Shown here piece after piece: positions 59,810 through 64,000 of a stretch of 64,000 nucleotides of DNA. Position 1 is the first letter of the stretch; each line of letters begins with the position of its first letter. The translations under genes and the position numbers were made by a program. Source of the stretch: Patescibacteria group bacterium (GTDB lineage Bacteria; Bacteroidota; Ignavibacteria; Kapaibacteriales; Kapaibacteriaceae); contig JBIICY010000004.1 in the NCBI GenBank assembly GCA_044238605.1, positions 29,395 through 93,394 on the forward strand. Direction: 5' to 3'. Below the pieces are notes generated by a model. The model made no database searches. It was not told the DNA's origin and saw nothing but the letters and a program-made list of their open reading frames with translations.

Positions 59810-60343
59810 ATGCAGACTTTGAAGACACGAATTCTTCTTTTGTCGTTTGCTGTTTGTTCAATCACAGTCCTGAGCGGCTGTAACATTCAAGGGTTGTTCA
59901 CCTCATATGGTGACGATCCAGTTTGGGTAGATCCCAATGCAGCAGCTGCCGAGGCGGCAGGAACAGCTGATGCTGGCGGTCCTGGCAAGGCAGTGTATGG
60001 TCGAATCTGCGCAGCATGCCACCTAGGCAGCGGCAAGGGTGTTCCAGGTAACAATATCCCACCATTGGCGGGGTCGGCAATCGCTCAAGGTGATGCCCGC
60101 AAGCCAATAGGAATTGTTCTTCACGGATTGCGTGGTCCAATAGAGAGAAACGGCGTTCAGATCAATGGCCAAATGGCAGCTTGGAAAGATCAGCTCAGTG
60201 ATCAGGAAATCGCCGATGTTCTCACGTATGTTCGTGCCAACTTTGGAAATACAGGCGCAGCCGTAACTGCAGACGAAGTAAAAGCACTTCGTGAAGAAAC
60301 AGCATCGCGTACGCAAGCGTACACGGAAGCTGAGCTCCCATAA
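59810..60343 (+). CDS. Class I c-type cytochrome (lipoprotein), probable electron donor to the downstream oxidase
   Basis: Lipobox LSGCN and heme motif CAACH followed by a Met ligand region. Confidence 0.75.
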   Translation: MQTLKTRILLLSFAVCSITVLSGCNIQGLFTSYGDDPVWVDPNAAAAEAAGTADAGGPGKAVYGRICAACHLGSGKGVPGNNIPPLAGSAIAQGDARKPIGIVLHGLRGPIERNGVQINGQMAAWKDQLSDQEIADVLTYVRANFGNTGAAVTADEVKALREETASRTQAYTEAELP

Positions 60344-60412
60344 GCGCCCCTGCACGGGCATTCTTGATTGACGTAGAAACAACACTTTCCATCTCCTTGG
60401 AGAAACTGATTC

Positions 60413-61261
60413 ATGGATCGTTTGCTTAGCATCTTCGACATGTTGGTATGGTTCCCTGAGAACATTTCAACGTTCGGACATGAACTCGACAACTTGTTTG
60501 CGATCATCTACTGGGTGAGCGTTGCAATCTTCTTTTTAACCTTCGGCGTTATGGGGTATTTCCTCGTGAAATACCGTTACCGTAAGGAAGCGCGGGGCTA
60601 TAACTACCATGGCAACAACCTCGTTGAGATTACATGGACGATACTCCCGACCATTCTTTTTGCGAGCATCGGTCTGTATTCAGACGACATCTGGGAGCGC
60701 ACGAAGTATTCGTCGAGACTTCCTCAGGCTGATGTAAAGGTGCTGGTGATGGGTAAGCAATACGGCTGGCAGTTCCTGTATCCGGGCGCTGACGGAAAGT
60801 TTGGCCGTAACGCCTACACAGATCGCGATAACTGTCGCAAGCTGATCAGCATGACGAATCCGTTTGGTATCGATTCCAGTGATGCTGCCAGCATGGATGA
60901 CTTTACAACTGAGAATCAGTTTAAGGTCCCTGTCAACGCTAATATCGTATTCCACGGTTCTTCACAGGATGTTCTGCACAGTTTCTTCCTGCCGCATGCA
61001 CGAGTTAAGCAGGATGTTGTACCCGGCACGTGGATGAACATTTGGTGCAACCTGTTTAAGACAGGGAAGTATGAACTTGCCTGCGCAGAACTTTGCGGCG
61101 GCGGACACTACTCCATGCGCGCCGAATATGAAGTCTTGAGCAAATCTGCCTATGAACAGTGGGTAGACAAGAAGGTATCAGAGGCAATCGCTGCACGTTC
61201 GCCTCAGCCAGTCGCAGCCCCGGTCGCAGACACGACCAAAGTAGCCTCTCTTACCAAGTAA
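60413..61261 (+). CDS. coxB: Cytochrome c oxidase subunit II
   Basis: Two N-terminal TM helices and the CuA site H ... CAELCGGGHYSM. Confidence 0.85.
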   Translation: MDRLLSIFDMLVWFPENISTFGHELDNLFAIIYWVSVAIFFLTFGVMGYFLVKYRYRKEARGYNYHGNNLVEITWTILPTILFASIGLYSDDIWERTKYSSRLPQADVKVLVMGKQYGWQFLYPGADGKFGRNAYTDRDNCRKLISMTNPFGIDSSDAASMDDFTTENQFKVPVNANIVFHGSSQDVLHSFFLPHARVKQDVVPGTWMNIWCNLFKTGKYELACAELCGGGHYSMRAEYEVLSKSAYEQWVDKKVSEAIAARSPQPVAAPVADTTKVASLTK

Positions 61262-61285
61262 TCGGAAACAGGAGAACATAACATT

Positions 61286-63139
61286 ATGAGCACAGCAACA
61301 CTTGAACATGCAGCAGATACTGCACATGATCATGGACAGGAGCATCATCATCACGATCTCCCATGGTACCGCAAGTATATTTTCTCGACAGACCACAAGG
61401 TGATTGCGAAGCAGTTCATGCTTTCATCGCTTTTCTTTCTCTTCGTCGGTGGAGCATTTGCGCTCTTTATTCGCTGGCAGCTGGCGTACCCAGGCCAGCC
61501 TGTTCCCGTTATTGGTTCGATCCTTCCCGACACATGGGTAACGGAGGCCGGTAGTGGTATCATTACACCAGAGTTCTATGCACAGCTTCTGACAATGCAC
61601 GGATCGATCATGATCTTCTTCGTGATCATCCCTTTTGCAGTGGGTATGTTCGGAAACTTCTGCATCCCTTTGATGCTCGGTACAGATGATATGGCCTTGC
61701 CACGGTTGAACATGTGGTCGTTCTGGCTAGTGCCGCCAGCTGGACTTGTGATGATGGCTGGCTTCTTTACGCAAACAGGATATGCGGCTGCAGGCTGGAC
61801 GAGTTATCCGCCCCTTTCAGCGCAAACAGGGCTGGACGCATTTACGATTTCGGGTCAAACGCTCTGGACGATTAGCATCTTCCTCGTCGGCTTTTCGTCG
61901 ATCATGGGTGCGGTCAACTACGTCTCTACAGTTCTGAACAAGCGCGCCAAGGGAATGAAGCTGTTCGACATGCCGCTCACGGTTTGGGCATTGTTTATTA
62001 CGGCCATCATCATCACACTTGGAACGCCTGTGCTTGCTGCGGGATTGGCCATGCTGTTCATGGACAACTTCCTCCACACGAGCTTCTTCCTTCCAGATAA
62101 TCTGGCTACATCACAGAAGTACTTCGGCGGTGGCCAGCCAATCCTGTTCCAGCACGTTTTCTGGTTCTACTCACACCCAGCTGTGTACATCATGATTCTG
62201 CCTCTGATGGGTATTGTTTCTGATGTTATGGCAACCTTCTCACGCAAGCCCGTATACGGCTACAAGGCCATGGTGTTTGCTATCGCTGGAATCGCCTTCC
62301 TCGGTTTTGTCGTGTGGGGTCACCACATGTTCCAATCGGGTATGAATCCACTGTTGGGCACAACATTCATGTTGTCTACCATCGTGATCGCCGTTCCGTC
62401 TTCGATCAAGGTTTTCAACTGGCTTGGAACACTTTGGCGTGGTAATATCAAGTTCTCATCAGCCATGCTCAACGCACTTGCGTTTGTATCGATGTTTATC
62501 ATCGGCGGTCTTTCGGGCGTGTTCATGGCATCTGCTCCGGTTGATATCTACATCCACGACACGTATTTCATCGTTGCACACATCCACTACGTTCTCTTCG
62601 GTGGTTCCCTCTTCGGAATCTTTGCTGGTATCTACTATTGGTATCCGAAGATGTTTGGCAAGATGCTTAACGAGCGTCTTGGACGTCAGCACTTCATCCT
62701 TACGTTTATTACGTTCAATTTGACGTTCTTCCCGATGCACGTGCTCGGGTTGGGCGGTCATATGCGTCGTATCTACGATCCAAATGTCTATGACTTCCTT
62801 AAGGGTCTATCAGACATCAACGAACTTGTAACTATTGGCGCTATTGCTCTTGGTTTCTCTCAGCTCATTCTTGTTTTCAACGTCCTGTGGTCATTGAAGT
62901 TTGGCAAGAAAGCTCCTCGCAACCCATGGCGTGCCAACACACTCGAGTGGGCTGCACCTGAACATCCGGGTCACGGAAACTTTGATCGTGACATCACGGT
63001 GTATCGTGGGCCATACGAATTCGGTGTAGAAGGACGTCAGAGCGACTACTGGCCGCAATGGGAACCAGGTGCTTCAAAGACCATTAACCACAAGACTGTG
63101 GTTGTAGAAGACGATTCACGTACGTTCGGTGCTCACTAA
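61286..63139 (+). CDS. ctaD: Cytochrome c oxidase subunit I
   Basis: 12 TM helices with [19 protein letters not shown] and HDTYF(I)VAHIHYV. Confidence 0.9.
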   Translation: MSTATLEHAADTAHDHGQEHHHHDLPWYRKYIFSTDHKVIAKQFMLSSLFFLFVGGAFALFIRWQLAYPGQPVPVIGSILPDTWVTEAGSGIITPEFYAQLLTMHGSIMIFFVIIPFAVGMFGNFCIPLMLGTDDMALPRLNMWSFWLVPPAGLVMMAGFFTQTGYAAAGWTSYPPLSAQTGLDAFTISGQTLWTISIFLVGFSSIMGAVNYVSTVLNKRAKGMKLFDMPLTVWALFITAIIITLGTPVLAAGLAMLFMDNFLHTSFFLPDNLATSQKYFGGGQPILFQHVFWFYSHPAVYIMILPLMGIVSDVMATFSRKPVYGYKAMVFAIAGIAFLGFVVWGHHMFQSGMNPLLGTTFMLSTIVIAVPSSIKVFNWLGTLWRGNIKFSSAMLNALAFVSMFIIGGLSGVFMASAPVDIYIHDTYFIVAHIHYVLFGGSLFGIFAGIYYWYPKMFGKMLNERLGRQHFILTFITFNLTFFPMHVLGLGGHMRRIYDPNVYDFLKGLSDINELVTIGAIALGFSQLILVFNVLWSLKFGKKAPRNPWRANTLEWAAPEHPGHGNFDRDITVYRGPYEFGVEGRQSDYWPQWEPGASKTINHKTVVVEDDSRTFGAH

Positions 63140-63162
63140 TCATAGTTGCCCAACAACAACGA

Positions 63163-64000
63163 ATGTCTGAAATCCATTCACAACACCGTTCACACAGCGC
63201 GATACACAAGGTAGCGTTGGTGCTCTGCGTGTTAACGTTTGCTCTCATTGTATGGGGCGGACACGTTAACACCACGCGCAGTGGTATGGCATTTCCGGAT
63301 TGGCCAACATCCAATCTAGCCCCCATGGTAACCTACACACCATCAGAATGGTTGTGGGCCAAGGATAAGTTTTGGGAGCACGGACACAGACTCTTTGCTG
63401 CACTGGTAGGGCTGGTAACCACCAGCATTCTGGTACTTTCATACAGGGCAACTCCCAAGGGGGCACGTCCCAACACTGCACTGATGACCCTTGTTGGCGT
63501 GGTGTTCCTTACGATCTCCACAGCCGTTATCGGCGTCAATTCGATGCCTGCCGGAGTTATGGAGGCATTTATGATCGCCCTCGGTGTCCTCATGGTTTCG
63601 CTTCTTACGAAAGCAGCACAGGCACCGAGTCATCAGCGATTAGTCTGGTTAGCGATGTCGGCCTTTGTAGCCGTCTGCCTGCAGGGTTCGTTTGGTGGGT
63701 ATACGGTTCGTAACAATCTACCTGACTGGACATCCACCACACACGGCGTTCTGGCAGAGATCTTCTTTATGATCGTTATCGGCATCACGCTGATAACATC
63801 AAAGTCTTGGAACAGTGGTGCTGTAAACAGTTCACTTTCACGTGGCGCGTTGATCGTTGTTGGAAGCACATGGGGCCTCACGTTTCTTCAGTTTGTTCTA
63901 GGCGCACTTACGCGCCACACAGACTCATGGGGCGTAAGCAACACATTCCCAGCGTGGAGTCCGGATGGATTTCTGCCAAGCGCAGATCTTTGGCAATACT
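63163..64000 (+). CDS. ctaA: Heme A synthase CtaA/COX15 family (3-prime partial)
   Basis: MSEIHSQHR ... LVLCVLTFALIVWGGHVNTTRSGMAFPDWP... is a polytopic protein. It runs off the window end and is therefore absent from the ORF track. Confidence 0.7.
   Translation, partial: MSEIHSQHRSHSAIHKVALVLCVLTFALIVWGGHVNTTRSGMAFPDWPTSNLAPMVTYTPSEWLWAKDKFWEHGHRLFAALVGLVTTSILVLSYRATPKGARPNTALMTLVGVVFLTISTAVIGVNSMPAGVMEAFMIALGVLMVSLLTKAAQAPSHQRLVWLAMSAFVAVCLQGSFGGYTVRNNLPDWTSTTHGVLAEIFFMIVIGITLITSKSWNSGAVNSSLSRGALIVVGSTWGLTFLQFVLGALTRHTDSWGVSNTFPAWSPDGFLPSADLWQY

Overview
This 64 kb window is a chromosomal segment of about 55% GC, most likely from an FCB-group bacterium (Bacteroidota / Rhodothermota / Chlorobiota-like). 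Three secreted proteins carry type-9-secretion (T9SS) C-terminal sorting domains, the Rho and IspG genes are the long forms, and there are DUF4295 / DUF3127 small proteins. Unlike classical Bacteroidota, the genes use Shine-Dalgarno sites, GTG starts and ATGA/GTGA translational coupling.

Most of the window is housekeeping. In order: rho (3-prime partial, on the minus strand), tRNA-His, a GH57-UbiA-DprE1-DprE2 operon, the dus-tilS-hpt-ftsH operon, a T9SS cargo protein, a MATE transporter, mreBCD, smc, rpmE-rpsR, tRNA-Gln-prs-rplY, ispG (encoded as two overlapping ORFs), a rhomboid protease, gap-pgk, ruvC-yebC, a Dna2-like nuclease-helicase, recJ, rsgA, tRNA-Ser, tRNA-Leu, a solitary nuoD, a SpoU methyltransferase, a copper-type operon (T9SS multicopper oxidase, TlpA, outer-membrane protein), an M61 peptidase, a SAM methyltransferase, alaS, purD, an epimerase and the caa3-type oxidase genes (cytochrome c, coxB, coxA, ctaA).

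Several things are not ordinary:
- Two anciently duplicated, divergently arranged cassettes (a roughly 470-500 aa helical protein plus a roughly 68 aa secreted / membrane-anchored protein) sit at 25.6-27.3 kb and 39.4-41.1 kb.
- The second cassette is extended by a cysteine-rich secreted protein and a large T9SS cargo protein. It is bracketed by inverted arrays of an AGCGARY heptamer repeat and two tRNA genes.
- The same heptamer family also forms an in-frame SSEQRA insertion in a methyltransferase and the C-terminal tail of RsgA.
- There is a separate (ACTAGGG)n array.
- A likely frameshifted DUF4295 gene sits upstream of rpmE.
- ispG appears as two coupled ORFs.
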